From Octopus vulgaris (taxonomy: Eukaryota): a stretch of DNA of 64,000 nt. The stretch covers positions 78,182,001-78,246,000 of the forward strand of contig OX597816.1 of assembly GCA_951406725.2 (NCBI GenBank), in the 5' to 3' direction. Within the stretch, counting starts at the first letter, position 1; each line of letters begins with the position of its first letter. Below the pieces are notes generated by a model. The model saw only the letters and a list, made by a program, of their open reading frames with translations. It did no database searches and had not been told where the DNA came from. Of the stretch, positions 11,115-25,423 are shown in pieces. The position numbers and the translations under genes are program-made.

Positions 11115-14100
11115 TACTATTCTTTTATTTGTTTCAGCCATCTGACTGTGGCCATGCTGGAGCACTACCCCGAGGACTTATAGTCAAACAAATCGACTCC
11201 AGGACAGTTCTTATTCTATCAGTCTCTTTTGCTGATCCACTAAGTTATGGGGTTGTAAACACACCAACACCAGTTGTCAAGTGATGAGGGGGGAGGGACA
11301 AACACAGACACAAAAACACACACACATAGATATATACATACATACATACATATATATATATATATTCACTAGGCTTCTTTTAGTTTCCCTCCACCAAATC
11401 CACTCACAAGGTTTTGGTTGGCCCAGGGCTATAGTAGAAAACACTTGCCTAAAGTGCCATGCAGTGAGACTAAACCCAGAACCATATGGTTGAGAAGCAA
11501 GCTTCTTAACAAATTCACTGATATTTGTTGAAATCATTATTTCATAAATATTTTGTAGTGAAAGTAATAATGCATCTGAAAGAGAAAGAAAGAGAGAGAG
11601 AGAGAGGGGGGAGGAAGAGATGGGGAGAGAGATTTTTTAGTATTAACTCCAAAGTTTGATATGTTTTTAAAATAAAACTTCAAAATGGAATTATTTAAAT
11701 AATTTTAAGATATGATCTTCAAGAAATAGAAGATATCTATATAGGAAATAATTTAGGGAGGTTTTAAAGAACATGTTTTATAAATGAGAGGCATGAATAG
11801 CATGCAAACAACTGTTACTCTTTCTCTATATTCACATAGTCAAGTGAACAGGTACAATGGATAGTTGAGATACTACTACTACACTATGACGACTAGCACT
11901 GTCTTACCAGCATTGTACTGGGTTCTATAATATTCATTCATAAACAAGAAACCAGAGCACATAGATCAGAATTGGGCCCTAAGTCCCACGAGACCCCAGG
12001 GCAACTGCCCAGTGTGCTCATGCCTTAAGTTGGAATTGACTACTACTATGACTATTATTATCGATGCTTTGATGCAAAATCTCTCTCAAAGCACACAATA
12101 CCTGTTTTAGAAAGTAAAGACACATTAGCTAATGTGGTTCAAGGTACATTCTTTGGTGGGCATCTCTAGAGGGATACATTCTGTTACAAGAAATTAGGTT
12201 AATTCTCTGGTCTATGAATGATGTCATCCCTTCCTGTACTTTGTCTTAACCTTTCTGATACCTATGTGTCCAAGACCACCCCTGGATCTATGACACTTAC
12301 TTCAAAGTTTTAAAGTGATCTATATTAAAACCAGCCATCAAAATTTCATGTTAATATATGTTCAGAGCTTCAGCTCAATAATGAGTTATTTTACTAAATT
12401 TTCCATTATTTTCAAAGTTAATTGTAATCAAGTCAAAATCTTTTAAAAGAAATATGGTAACAAAAGTGTTAAAATGGAAAAACAACAGTAGATAATGTTA
12501 AATCACAAGACACAAAAGAGACTGAATGGCTCCTATCATGTCTATTCAATTAGGGCTGATCTGGTCCTAACCACCACTGTTATCAACAATATTCTGCTAA
12601 TTTAAAAATAGCATACTTTAAAGATTTGGTTGGTATTACTAGTAGGTTTAGCAATAGCATAGAGGCTCTTCTCTTCAGCAACAACAGTATCGAACTGCTA
12701 ACAGTCATGCAGGATACATATTATCATTTAAGAGTTTTGGGTTAACAAGAATTGAGAGTAACTTATGATAAAATATGAACTGTAAACTTAGGTCAATTGT
12801 CTGACAGTTTATTTTTGAAATTTTCTTTTTATTTTCCTGTACTAGCATGATGGGGCAATTACCTGTTTACATCTGGACACCCTTCTCACTGTTAATTACT
12901 CAATTGTAATCTTTTTTTGTTCATTCAGACAAACTGTGCCAGTCGAGAGATTTAAAGTACAGAAGGGACAGATATAGGTGTCTTGCTGTAGAGTAGATAC
13001 ATGGAACACACACACATATACAATGTGTTTCTATTAGTTTCCATCTACCATCTCAACACACAAGGCTTTGGTTAACCTGGTGCTATAATAGAAGACACTT
13101 TCTCAAGATGCTACACAGTGGGGCTGAACCTGGAACCACATGGATGCAAAGTGAACTTCTTATCCATCCAGCCGCACACACACACACGTAAACGTTTTTA
13201 GTTTTAATTGGCAGAAGGTTACAAAAATGGTTCAGAATCCCAAAAGTATTATCATAGCACCTATCACTTTGGTAAGTACTATGAATGAAACTCCTGGCCC
13301 TTGAGTCACTTTTTTAACTTTCTACTGATTAAAAAATAATGTATACATAGTCATGCTTTGAGTTCAATTTCTTGTATGTTCAACCAGGGAAATGACAATG
13401 GACCATGAGATGATGCGATTTGCTGTACTTGATAAGACACTTCAAGCTAAGTAAAATTGCTGTCTTCCACACACACAGGCTTATTCTTTAGGTGCTGTGG
13501 TGCTGCATTAACACATCCAAGCTGGTGCTACATAAATGCACCCGTGACAGTGGAATGTAAAAAGCACCCAACACACTTTGTTAAATGGTTTGTATTAGAA
13601 AGGGCATCCAGCTGTAGAAACCATGCCATAACAGACAGTTGGAGTCTGGACAGTTCCATGCTAGCCATCTCAATGTCAAACTGTCCAACCCATGGCAGCA
13701 TGGAAAGAAGACACTAAAAGATGACGGTGGCGATGATGATATACATATGTACTTGCAAGAAAAATTATATCGCCCACCATAGGGTAAGAATGTATTTAAT
13801 AATCTGATATGAAAATACATATTTAGCATTGCTCTAAATAACCCCCCAAATATTCAAGGATAGCATTTTTGCCACACACACACAAACCATGCACATAACA
13901 CCAATGAATAACAATGTATGACAAAGTATGGCACAGTTTATCGGGTCAAATTATCAAAAGCAACTGTTCAAAATATCTGGATGAAAAAAAAATCAGAAAA
14001 GGAGAATTACCTATCATGTGCTCCCAGCATAAGTTTGTGATCATGTACCAAAATAGGAAATCAATGTAATGTTTGTAACAGGACACTTTCAGAATAAGAA

Positions 14101-14749
14101 AGTGTACTAAAAACGGTTCTTCACTGTCTAATTTGCTAAGTACTAGTTGTGTTAGTGTTGTCAATATCTCAAAGAATTCAATACGAAAATACAATTTTTC
14201 ATATTCTGTTGGTCTTGTGTAATGTTATTACGACCAAGTTGCTGTTGATTAAATTGGTCAAAAGTTGGACAGTTGATCTGAAACTAAAATAGGTATTTTG
14301 ATTTCTAAATTGCAGAAGAACTGTGTAATTAATTGGGGATTCATTAGTTTGCAGTTCAAGCTCTACGTTAGGCATGAAATAACATGAAGTAGCAGGCAGA
14401 AAAATATTCAGTGTGTATTACCTTATAGATCATGAACAAATAAGGAAGGTTTAACATGATACAATGTAGCTAAAAATAGCAGTCAAATCTCCCTCATATC
14501 ACGCATTGAATAATGTAAACGGAGAGGGTTATACTTAGAATGTTTTAATCAACTCAATCTAAAGCTAAGCAATAATAAATGAAGAGAATCTAAAACTGAC
14601 AGGATCACCTGGAATTCAATATCCCTGTGATACTTTCAGCAACATAAACTTGTTGAATGTAACATTTTCCCCACGGAAGAGTATGAGATGATTTTTGCAA
14701 AATTTGTTTATTTGAACTGTTAGAAAAGTGATGAAATGACTTAAGTTCA

Positions 14750-15085
14750 TTTCAGATTCATTTAAATTTTGTTCAACCAAAGCTGAAAACATTTCTCTAC
14801 ATCTTAATGTTCATTGAAAAGTTAGTAAGAAGTGAATGGGCTTTGTATCAAATGCTATCTCAACAATTGTTCCATAGTTTGTGGCTCTGTGCCAGTGACA
14901 CACTGTGTCATTGGAAAAGCTGCAATCATATTAATTGAATGACAATTGGGTTCTTCCAATGTTAGTTTTCAGTTGATTAAAGCACTTCCATTTGTCCAGA
15001 TTATATTTACACCAGGTGCAAGCTGTTGACTTGCTTTAATTTGTATTTTTGTTGAGGATAAGTTGTTGAATTTCACAACCAGCTC
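14750..15085 (-). mobile_element. Old LINE C-terminal relic
   Basis: Frameshifted LAPG..WKCFNQLKTNIGRT..DTVC..GTEPQTMEQLL, resembling the W..LNRLRT..GR..C.CG..QT..H tail of non-LTR ORF2. Confidence 0.6.
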
Positions 15086-15354
15086 CTAAATTACAAGTTT
15101 ATAATTACTGCAGATATTTCATTGTCAGATCATAATACTAAGTAATAAACTAAAATCAAATGTGGGAAATAAGTATGCCAAATTTTCTTTGAATATTACT
15201 TGTGATTATTGGTCAGTGCACATTCCAAAGACAGCTAACTCACGCAATAATGCAAAATTTAATAATACAATGTTGATTATTGAATATCTAATAATAAACA
15301 GAAAGTTTTAAATCTTAGAAAAATTTCAATTGAAGGAGAAATGTATACATATAT

Positions 15355-15510
15355 ATAGTTGAAATTTACAGAAAAACAAAAGACGAAGACAGGTGTATGA
15401 ACAAGCAGGTGTATTAGCTTGATGCTTGGGAAAGTGATAAAGTCTTTTACGTTTCAAGCCTTTGCTCTTCAACAGAAAGGAATAATAAGGGAAAATAAAC
15501 AGAGTGAGAA
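15355..15510 (-). mobile_element. Penelope-like terminal repeat stub with degenerate hammerhead
   Basis: Minus strand (U)UGAAGA GC aaag GCUU GAAAC GUA; related tail at 9090-9130. Confidence 0.45.
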
Positions 15511-15572
15511 AAAAATAAAACATGTGGATTTAGCAATCAAGCATGGCGACTGGTTCAGTCTTCATATATATA

Positions 15573-15960
15573 TATGAGTTACGGAAGGAGTAGGAAAAAT
15601 CCAGGCTACATGTTTCATAGCAAGTGGAACCTCAGAAGTGGTAAAATCCAAGTGAGGTATATATCGCTGGCTACTCTTCAGGCCCAAGATATCGTAATTA
15701 GATTAAAGGTTACATTGTCACAAAGAGGTACATGTTGATGCAAAGAAGGTTCAATCAGAATGTGTAATTATTCATTCCGATTGAATTTTCTTTGCATCAG
15801 CAAGTACCTCCTTGCGACAAGGTAACCATTAATCTAATCATGATTTCTCTGGCCTGAAGAGTAGCCAGCGGTATACACCTCACTTGGATTTTACTTTTGA
15901 GGTTCCACTCACAATGAAACATGTAGCCCAGATTTTTCCTACTCCATTCCGTAACTTGTA
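15573..15960. repeat. About 390-bp palindrome with one hammerhead per arm
   Basis: About 190-bp arms around a short loop near 15766. Confidence 0.92.
15847..15932 (+). ncRNA. Type I minimal hammerhead ribozyme-like motif (mirror copy on minus strand 15599-15690)
   Basis: CUGAAGA 15854-15860, long stem II opening GUAGC (closed by GCUAU in the mirror copy), GAAAC-AU-GUA with predicted cleavage after 15925, stem I GGC/GCC. Confidence 0.7.
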
Positions 15961-16164
15961 TTCTCTTTTGCACACTTAGCAACCCTGGTTGCCAACCGTG
16001 GAATATAAAAAAAATCTTTTTTCTGCTCATTATTCTTCGATCAAAAAAAATAATCCACAACCTTGCTCAATAAACCACTATTGTTCCTGAAAGGTGTTAT
16101 TTTATATTTACTATGGATTGCTCAAAGCTAACTTTCTTCCTACGCATCAATCTCTAGATCTTAC

Positions 16165-16213
<49 letters not shown>

Positions 16214-16989
16214 CTTATAAGTAGTGTTATTGGTTAAAGAAAACAATCCCTCCTTTAAGTAGTATAAAAGCATTTTTACTTACTGCATGTTTATATATTA
16301 TTTTTACTGGTTACAATAATTTTTTTCCTTTAATGGTTTTTGTCTCATGGAGGAGCAGTGTCTCCTCCTCCAAACCAATCAGTAGCCCTCTTTTGTATGG
16401 CCTTTAAAAGTTATGCAAGACATGAGTGTTGATATTTCCTAGCATGTGAAAGAATTCAAAGAATTTAGTTGATTATACCAACTCCAATACTTTAGTGCTT
16501 ATTTTATTGATCTTGTAAGAGATGAAACTTTAATAATAAATGGAAATAATCATGATAAAACAATACCTTAAAATATTTTGTTTGATATACGCTAATATAC
16601 ATATAAATTTCTATATTTTCTTTTGAGCAAATTTCACTCAAGGCTTTTATTGAACTGAGACTAAGGTAGGAAGACATTCATCCAATATGATGGGCAATGT
16701 GATCAAACTAGGAACCACATGGTGGGGAAACAACCTTTCAGCTACATAATACACCAACATATATTTTAAAATATATATGAAATAAAAACATATCCCAGTT
16801 TTTAGAAAAGGTATACTAGATTTCTATGTTACATAAGAAATAATAATCAGAAAATGCACCTGGCCATAAGACACTCAAAAATTTCTGTCCAGCCTATGCT
16901 GAATTGAGGAGTTGATATCAAATGATGATGAGGTAAGCTTTAGTGGTAATCCATCAATCTGAAAAGTTATTGATTATATTAGAAAACAA

Positions 16990-18050
16990 AACAGAAGGAG
17001 TCTGCCACTCCAGGCAATGACAACACTGTTAATTTGGCAAATGATTTATTAGCTGAAACAGTTCCAAGTTCAATTTTTCTGGTAGTGGAAAGCCAATTAT
17101 GATAATCTGGTGTTTTATCCAGAGAGTGATGCTGTGAAACATGAGATAAGCACCAGGATATAGAAATTTAGAAAAACAATTTAGTGGCTTAATTTGGAGG
17201 AAGGGGATGACCATAGCTTTTGCAGACCATCAATATGGTTGATGTTCTAGAATTACAAGAAAAACATGGTAGGGAGGGAATTCCAGAAAGATGTTCTTGA
17301 TAGGAAAGATTAGGTATAATGGTTGGCATGAAAATACAGCTTTCACATTTTGTTGGACATGTGTAATGTTATTGTGACAAGATTGCAATTGGTCAAGAGT
17401 TGCACAAATGGGCTGAGGAGCTGATGGATTAAATGTTGTAACATGGTCAAGACAGATGTTTTTTTTACCCAGTTCACTTAATATGTAATAGGTACCATGA
17501 TATGTAAATTGCAGAAGAACTGTGTAAGCTAATTGATGATTTATTAACTTCCAGTTCAAGCCCTACCTCAGGCCTGAAGTAGCATTCAGGAAAAATATTC
17601 CCAGGGAGGATAGACACAATGTGGGTGATAAAAATTGTAAAGGTAATTAAAGGATGTGGACATGGATAGAAATGGCATGAAACAAACCAGTTCAAGAAAA
17701 AGAGGTCTCTATAGCATCACTAGAAAATGCAGAGTAAAGAAACATCATGTTTGAGAGTTAGAAGTTGGTGTGTATTGGTGAATAGCTTCGAACCAATCAG
17801 CTGGACAGCCCTTTTGTAAATGCAGTCCAGGATGTTCAAATGTATAGCAGCAACACATGCTAGTTGAGGGAGTAGTGTTCTACTGTGGATTTTGTATCAG
17901 GTTTGAAGTTAGTTAAAGTTGGAAGATGAAGTATTTTATAGCCTTAAAGAGAAAAACCAGATCTTATGATGCAGCTTTTGCTATGTTAGAGAATGTGAGA
18001 TTTGCATGTTGTTGACTGTAGGGAAACTGAATGAGTAAGATCAACACTGT
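16990..18050 (-). mobile_element. Highly degenerate LINE-like relic (CR1/L2-type?)
   Basis: Weak motif similarity; 17505-17580 shares sequence with 14305-14380; similar relic at 9250-9540 (THILDQIQRRVT). Confidence 0.35.
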
Positions 18051-18623
18051 CTTTCTTTGTTAGATTTCTCAAGTAGTTATCTACACCTCTCCAACATTTT
18101 TCAAAGTACAGCTAAAAATACAATCTTACAGAAAAACACAAACAATAATAAATGGAGAAAAGAGCAGCAAAATATTAAAATTTGTAGAAATATTTATTAT
18201 AACAGAATAAGACAGCTGAAAAAAAATTAAATAAAAAAACACTTCTCATACTGGGACAATGAATACTTCAGAGCAGGAGATGGGGAAGAGGATATGGCAG
18301 ATTAATTTATAATATTAATTTAAAGATAAAAAATATGTTTTGTTCATTGTTAATTAGTGACATCAAGAATATTTATCAAAATTTATCAGGGATAGTTGTA
18401 CAGAATATAATTATTTTCTTTGTTATTTAGATATCTTTTCTCCTTTCTAGTTTCATTTTCTTTTATGCTTCTCATTAAGAGGCTACACACACACACACAC
18501 ACTACAATCTCATATCCTTCCATTGTTATTTTTCTGATTTGAGATTTCAAGAGAAAATTACTTTTTAAAAAATGAAGTCAATTAATCTAATAAATTATAT
18601 ATACTAAAATATAAACCTCATTA

Positions 18624-18667
<44 letters not shown>

Positions 18668-19179
18668 GAGCAACAACTTTTTAAACAAATAAATAACTGA
18701 AGATGAAAAAATACAACATTGTAAGATTTAGCAAAATTTCATGAATTATATTTCAAAACAAAACAGGAAGTACTTGGGAGAACAAAAGTTATTTGTGGAA
18801 ATTACTGATAATTGCTTTTGAATTAAGACTAAAATGTGAAAGGAAACAGAGTTCTTCCTAATCATAATGCATGGAAGATAGAATGAGCAATTAATGGTAG
18901 GAGCAGAAAAGAAACAACAAAGTTTTTATTGGGAAAAGTGACGTGTGTGAAAATTTTCTAAGCACTGTTTGACAGTTAAACAACAGTGCATGTAAAATAC
19001 ATTAAAATATAAAATAACAACACCTTATGAAAAGTATGCAAAGCATACTTCTCATACACACACACAAACACACACATATAAAATGTGTGTATGTATGTAT
19101 GTATATATAAAATTAATATAGACAGCTGTGTGCAATGTTTTGCCAAAAGGAAAACTATAGTTGTCACTAAATATGACTA

Positions 19180-19434
19180 GGGTGTTAGAACACCTACATT
19201 GCTAGAAATAAGAGCTAAAAAGGTCTAATGCTGAAAATAAGCACATAATTGTATACATATGTCTCCACTGATGTGGCTATGGAATTAGCTGAAACTGACT
19301 GATCAGTACAGAGAATTCTTGACTGGTGTTTTCAGGTGTTTGCAGTCAGTACATATGTAAACAATTATGTGCTTTAGCTACAGCATTAGAGTTTTCTAGC
19401 TTTTATTTCTAGTAATGTAGGTGTTTTAACACCC
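19180..19434. repeat. Inverted repeat (about 83-bp arms) with hammerhead in the loop
   Basis: 19180-19262 mirrors 19351-19434. Confidence 0.9.
19262..19314 (+). ncRNA. Type I hammerhead ribozyme-like motif
   Basis: UCUCCA-CUGAUGU-GGCUA/UAGCU-GAA-ACUGA/UCAGU-A(19308)-CAGAGA; A9U core variant and two stem I mismatches. Confidence 0.7.
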
Positions 19435-19440
19435 AAGACA

Positions 19441-19492
<52 letters not shown>

Positions 19493-20695
19493 CATGTTCA
19501 TGTGTATAATATACATAAATACACACATGTGCACACATGCATACACACACGCAAATAGAAACACATTTGTGTGTGTGCATGTGCATGACCTTGCTAAAAT
19601 TAAAGTAAATTAAAAATTGTAAGGAAAATATTCTTTTGTTAGAATAACAGTCCATAGTAACATTAAAGGAAAAAAACTTTTAGTAGAGAAAAAAATATAT
19701 ATTAGTTCCATGAATAAAATAAAAATCAATTTAGAAGTTTAAAAGAAAAGTGAGTTTAATAAAAAAACAAACTCAACCCCTAACAACCTAAAGCAAGTTT
19801 TGCATAAAACCATTTAAAACATTGCTGGTAAAAATTAAGTGTGTAATCAAAAACTTAAATATATGGAATGTATTTTAAAATATGAATTTGGGTTTTATAT
19901 AATATATATATATATACACACATATATATGATAATAAGACCACTCCACCAAATAGGAAAAGAATAAAAAGTAAATTGAAATGAAGAAAAACTAGTTAAAA
20001 TCACTTAGATGCATGCATCCACCCCTACACATATAACACAGACACACACATGCATATATATGTACATATAAGTATATATATGTACATAGATACATATATA
20101 TATATATATATACATATTTATACATAGGTGTAAACATGTATATAAATACACATGTATACTCATATGCATACACACACACACATAATTGTTTATTGGTGAA
20201 TTAAATCATTCTTCATATCTAAAAGCTTTTTGCAGTTAACATTAGTCAGCTGCATTCATCTTCAATCTGAAATAACCTTTGAGCATGAGGAAATAATTCA
20301 GTTTACCAACAGACAGACTCCATACACTTCTAACACAGGTGTGTATTGAGCACTTTCTACCTTTACATGAAAATACAAATATTTTTTGTGCATCCCCACC
20401 CCCACGCATATTTTGTTGTTATCATTATTACTATTATTAATAATCAGCAGAAGTTAGACTGACTCAAAGGTCGAGAGATTTGTGCATTGGCACCCACAAA
20501 ATTGGTTTCAAATTACAGCTTTTACATTTATATACACTGGTTAAAATGATAATTACTGGTAATTATCAGCATAAGTGGTCTATATACATGTAGTCCTCAT
20601 AAATTAATACCAGTTTGATAAGTTCCAACACACAAAATTCTTGGCCATTGAGTTACTCAGTAACTTCTGCTAATTAATTATACATACATACGTAC

Positions 20696-20730
<35 letters not shown>

Positions 20731-20997
20731 TATATACATACATACACACACACAATACATGCAGACATGGTTGTTTGTAAACACAAATACTCATCAATAC
20801 ACACACACACACACAATAATCCTATTTCTTTAGTAGATGAATCTTGTATTTTCTCAATGTTTAAAAAATAGACTTATACCAGTAGTAGATATGTGGAGTG
20901 AAAATTAGCTAGTGTGCTGTCTGAAGTGACACCATTGTCTCCCGTCCCAATTGTTTTATCATTCATACTTTTTTTTTCTCTACAATAACTGCTGAAA

Positions 20998-21079
20998 TCA
21001 ATAAACTGCTTTCACAGCTTTCATGATCAAATTTGTTTGGTCCACAAGATAAGCAGCACTCAAAAATACATCTCGTTTT
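20998..21079 (-). CDS. PDCD10: PDCD10 coding exon 7 (KRDVFLSAAYLVDQTNLIMKAVKAVY*)
   Basis: tttcttttccag| acceptor; VF.SA..L..QTNLI C-terminus; TGA at 21000-20998; the seven exons total 630 nt in one frame. Confidence 0.96.
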
Positions 21080-24069
21080 CTGGAAAAGAAAGAAATTAGC
21101 ATAAGTTTAGTAACTGTTGAAATTGATACATCATAACTATAAATATTTTTATATACTATATAAAAAATGCATGGGCATATTAAACACACCCCAATTCCAG
21201 CATTGCATATTCAGGAAAATATTTTTGAAGTAAATTAAAGCTTATGGGAGGCCCAAATTCACATATAAGACTAGTTGCTTCTTATATGCCATCAAAAATG
21301 CAATTTTTTTCTTATATGCATTTCTGAATGATAGCCTCAGTGGACATGTGTGCTCAAAGGCAGATACAATTGGCCAATCAATGGATCACTGCATTTACTA
21401 TCACTTATTTAAATGTGAAACAAATGTGGCAATTTGAACACTATCCAAATGCCTTGAGAATGGTAGTTATTAATCATTGATACTGTTTTCAAGAAAATCT
21501 CAAATGTCTTTTGAATATTAGAGGTATCTGCTGAGAGTTGTATTCTCCAAACTGCTCATAAGTATCAAATAGATTTTCTTTGAGACAACCAACCATAGTT
21601 ATATTCTAATGCATAGATTGACTTTGATTCAGATGATTACAATACTGGACAGCAAGGATATGTTCTTTAATTTTATTACCATTTTACAACTCATCTACTC
21701 TGATAGATCATTTCACATCAACTCTGTGATTGGCGCAATCATTAAAATCTATTCTTTTCTATCAACAGTTCTAGGACATAAACTGGATGGCATTATATAT
21801 TCAGATGAAATAGTTGAAATAGCCTTAATAAACAACTGGCACCCATGTGAGATTCACGAAATACAAAATAAACAGAGTATCAGTGTCACTCATTTGGGAA
21901 GGACACACACACATCCAAAATGTAAAATGAGGCCATGTGACTGAAATAGTACTCCTCCAAAATCATTTTACAAATTACATAATGTAGGCTGGGAGTAGTT
22001 GTAGCATTACCATAGCAATGTTGCTAGGAATAAGAAGCATGAACTGTTTTTACAAACTTGAGGTATTTATGATGGCAACATGTCATCAGTTTGACAGTAA
22101 AAAGCAGCATAAATTATTGCAATCATCTGACATTACAAGTTAACTCTGAGACAATAAATAGCCCAACATGCTGTCAGCATGAGAGTCCATGTTGTCCAAT
22201 CCAAAGTGCCTGCACAATATTGATTATCTTCAACATAAACACTGTTATGTGCCAGCTTGCCTGGAATTATGAAGAGCTAATTTATGTATATTTATGTATC
22301 ATTAATGCTACCTGGGCAATACTCATTCTATGCTTGCTACTAACTCCTTTGACAGAGTAAAGATTTAGTTACCAGGTGATATGCTGGTTACAAGGCATGC
22401 AGGCAAAAGAAATGAGACTTGCCAGGTAATGTGCTAACTTGCTGGACAACACGGGGCGACAAGACATGAAGGTAATAATGTACAGGCAATGGAACATGCC
22501 AGGTGATGAGCTGATAACAAGAAATGTTGAAAAATATGCAGACAAGACATGCTAAGCAATGAGGTGGGTTGTAACTCAGTTGCAATATTTGGCCATATAG
22601 ATGTATTTTTGATCTATGTACAAGTTCAATGAGAATATTGATAGCAATATCTACTATAATAATACTCTTGTGTTTTTCTTCGTCACAACATATGAATGAG
22701 AAAGGAAGAGGTGATGGCAAATTGGTAGTGGGATGGCGATCATACAATGCTGAAAAGAAAAATCAAACAGTGTTTCTACTCTGTGCGAGTATATGTGTGT
22801 GTTTGTACAAAGGAAGTATGTGAATGTCTGTATGTGTGAACTAGCATTCTTTCAGTAACAAATACTACAATTAGCTGTCACTTTTGACAGCATGGTGGGG
22901 TGGGGTGGGGGGCTAGTGCATATATAAACACAACTACATTCTATTTTAAAATTCTTATTGTTGCCATCATCATACATCACTTATCATACTGGCATAGTTT
23001 CTGTGACAGGACCCCTACCTAATTCCAATCACTTTACAGAGTGTGCTGGGTGCAGTCTGATTTATATGGTTTTCTATGGCTGGATTTCCTTCCTAATGTC
23101 AACCACTTTACAGAGTGTGCTGATTGCTTTCATGTGATGCCACATGGGTGCTTTTACATGACACTGCATGGGCACTTTTATGTGGCATCACCATGAGTGC
23201 TTTTCTCCACCAGTGGACAAGAGGGACAGGTCTTACCACATCTGCTGAGGAGTACGGGTCTACATGAGTACAGCAAGGCACCAGGCATCTCGACCCTTTG
23301 TCATCAAAACTGAAAGGTTCAGCATCCTGTGGTCGTTCTTCAGTACTTCATCTCATGTCTTCCCAAGTCTCCCACTTCCAAGTGTTCCATCTACTCTGAG
23401 AGATAGGCACTTCTTTATAGAACTGTTGGCATCCATCTGGATCACATGACCAAACTAGCACAGTCTCTCTTGCACACAGCAACTAATTCCTGTTATGTCT
23501 AGTTACTGTGTAATAACAATAACAGTAATTCTTTCTAATTTTGGCACAAAGGTGGCAATTCTGAGGGGAGGGAAATGTTGATTACATCAACCACGGTACT
23601 TGACTGGTACTTATTTTATCAACCCAAAAAGGATGAAAGTCCAAGTCAACCTCAGCAGTATTTGCACTTAAAACATAAAGAGCCAGAAGAAATGTCACCA
23701 AGCATTTTTGCCCAGCATTGTAACGCCAGTGCTTCATTCATTATCCTCAAGTTAGGGACTTTTTGAGTAGGATGGGCCACTCAATCTGAAGAAAATTCTG
23801 TGCCCCAACTGCAAGGTCATGCACATATGATTGTGAAACAATGTGCCTAGTGTATGTACCTTTATCAGATGAGTAATCATGACAGGTATATTGAGCTTCA
23901 TATATTTGTACCCCAATGTCAGTTTGATGGCATGCATTGCTCTCTTACATAATAATAATAATAATTATAATTCAATTGTTATTGGAACCTTAGGATCGAG
24001 GGGGAAGAGGCTCAAAGAGAGGCCAAGGGGTGAGATACAGAAAACTTTGAAGTAAGTAAATTTATAACA

Positions 24070-24660
24070 ATAATAATAATCCTTTCTAACATAGGCACAA
24101 GGCTAAAAATTTGGAATCAGAAGTTAGTCAATTACATTAACTTCAGTGCTTGACTGGTACTTATTTCATTGACCCTGAAAGAACGAAAAGCAAAGATGAC
24201 CTCAGCAGAATTTGAACTGAGATTAGAAAGTTGGAAGAAATGCTTTTAAGCATTTTGTCTGGTGCAGTAATGATTTTGCCAGTTTGTCAATAATTTTTGA
24301 TTTAGGAATAAGGCCAGTAATTTTGAGGAGATAAGCTAATGCCACAGATCCTAAAATTTGACAAATACTTTATTTTTATCAACCCTGAAAGGATGAAAGG
24401 CAAAGTAGACCTCAAAAGGACTTGAGATCAGAATGTAAAAAGTTGGAACAAATACTGATAAAAATTTCTTTCAATGCTCCAATGATTCTGTGAGTTTTGG
24501 GGAGAAGGAAAGTGGATTACATCAGTTCCAGTACTTGAGTGCTATTCATTTTACTGACCTCAGTAGGATTAAAGGAAAAGTCAAACCTGGCAGGATTTGA
24601 ACTCAGAATGTAAAAAGCCATAACTAAATACTACTAGGCATTTTGTGTTAATGATTCTAA
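24070..24660 (-). mobile_element. Cluster of 3-4 SINE family C copies
   Basis: Repeated gaccctgaaaggatgaaaggcaaagt..gacctc..tttgaactcag; also near 5750, 23520, 25420-25780, 26110, 30710, 31815, 61880. Confidence 0.8.
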
Positions 24661-25091
24661 TCCCTGGCAAGATAAAAGAAATAGAGGACATTAACTATAC
24701 ACATAAACAAACATAAAAAAGGAGAATGAGGAAGGAATAATGGATGTCAGAGGTACAAGGAAAGAGTGGGGAGAGTAAAAGGTTAAAAGGGGTCAGCTAT
24801 TGTGGTCAAGAAGGGTGTGAAAGTGGCAAGGAAGGGGACAATAGAAAGGGTTGACAGAATTTCACAGAGGGAGATGGTAGGACAAAATTAAAACAGAAAT
24901 AAAAATAGAACAAAAATTTTTTTAATAAAATAAAAAAGAGAACTAAAAAAAAATCAATAATCAGTGGGCAACTATAAATAATAATGAAGAGTCTAAAATA
25001 TAAAGTCATGCCATACATTGTGGTATGAATAGTTTTGAAGGTCACATGGTGAGTGTTCAAATTGAGCAGAGCAGTCAGTGCAAGTAGGTCA

Positions 25092-25125
<34 letters not shown>

Positions 25126-25373
25126 AAAAGTGGATATATGTTCCTATTGAGAAAAAAGAATGATGTTAAATTTGTGAATTAGTGATTTGATACATTTACA
25201 AATTGGTGAAACTGCTGAATATATACACAGAGCAATGAAATTAATTAATGAAATAGAAAAATTAATGAAAACTAAGGGCTCTAAAGAGGGACCCAAATTA
25301 GTAAGTTTAGGCAGGTTTGAGTGTAATAATAAAGTTAAGTGTTAATAGAACAAACATATGTGGAGTAGATGTA

Positions 25374-25423
<50 letters not shown>

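Noticed and set aside
22388-22747. MADF-like ILIELV motif suggesting a Harbinger-type relic
   Set aside because: Similarity too weak to support
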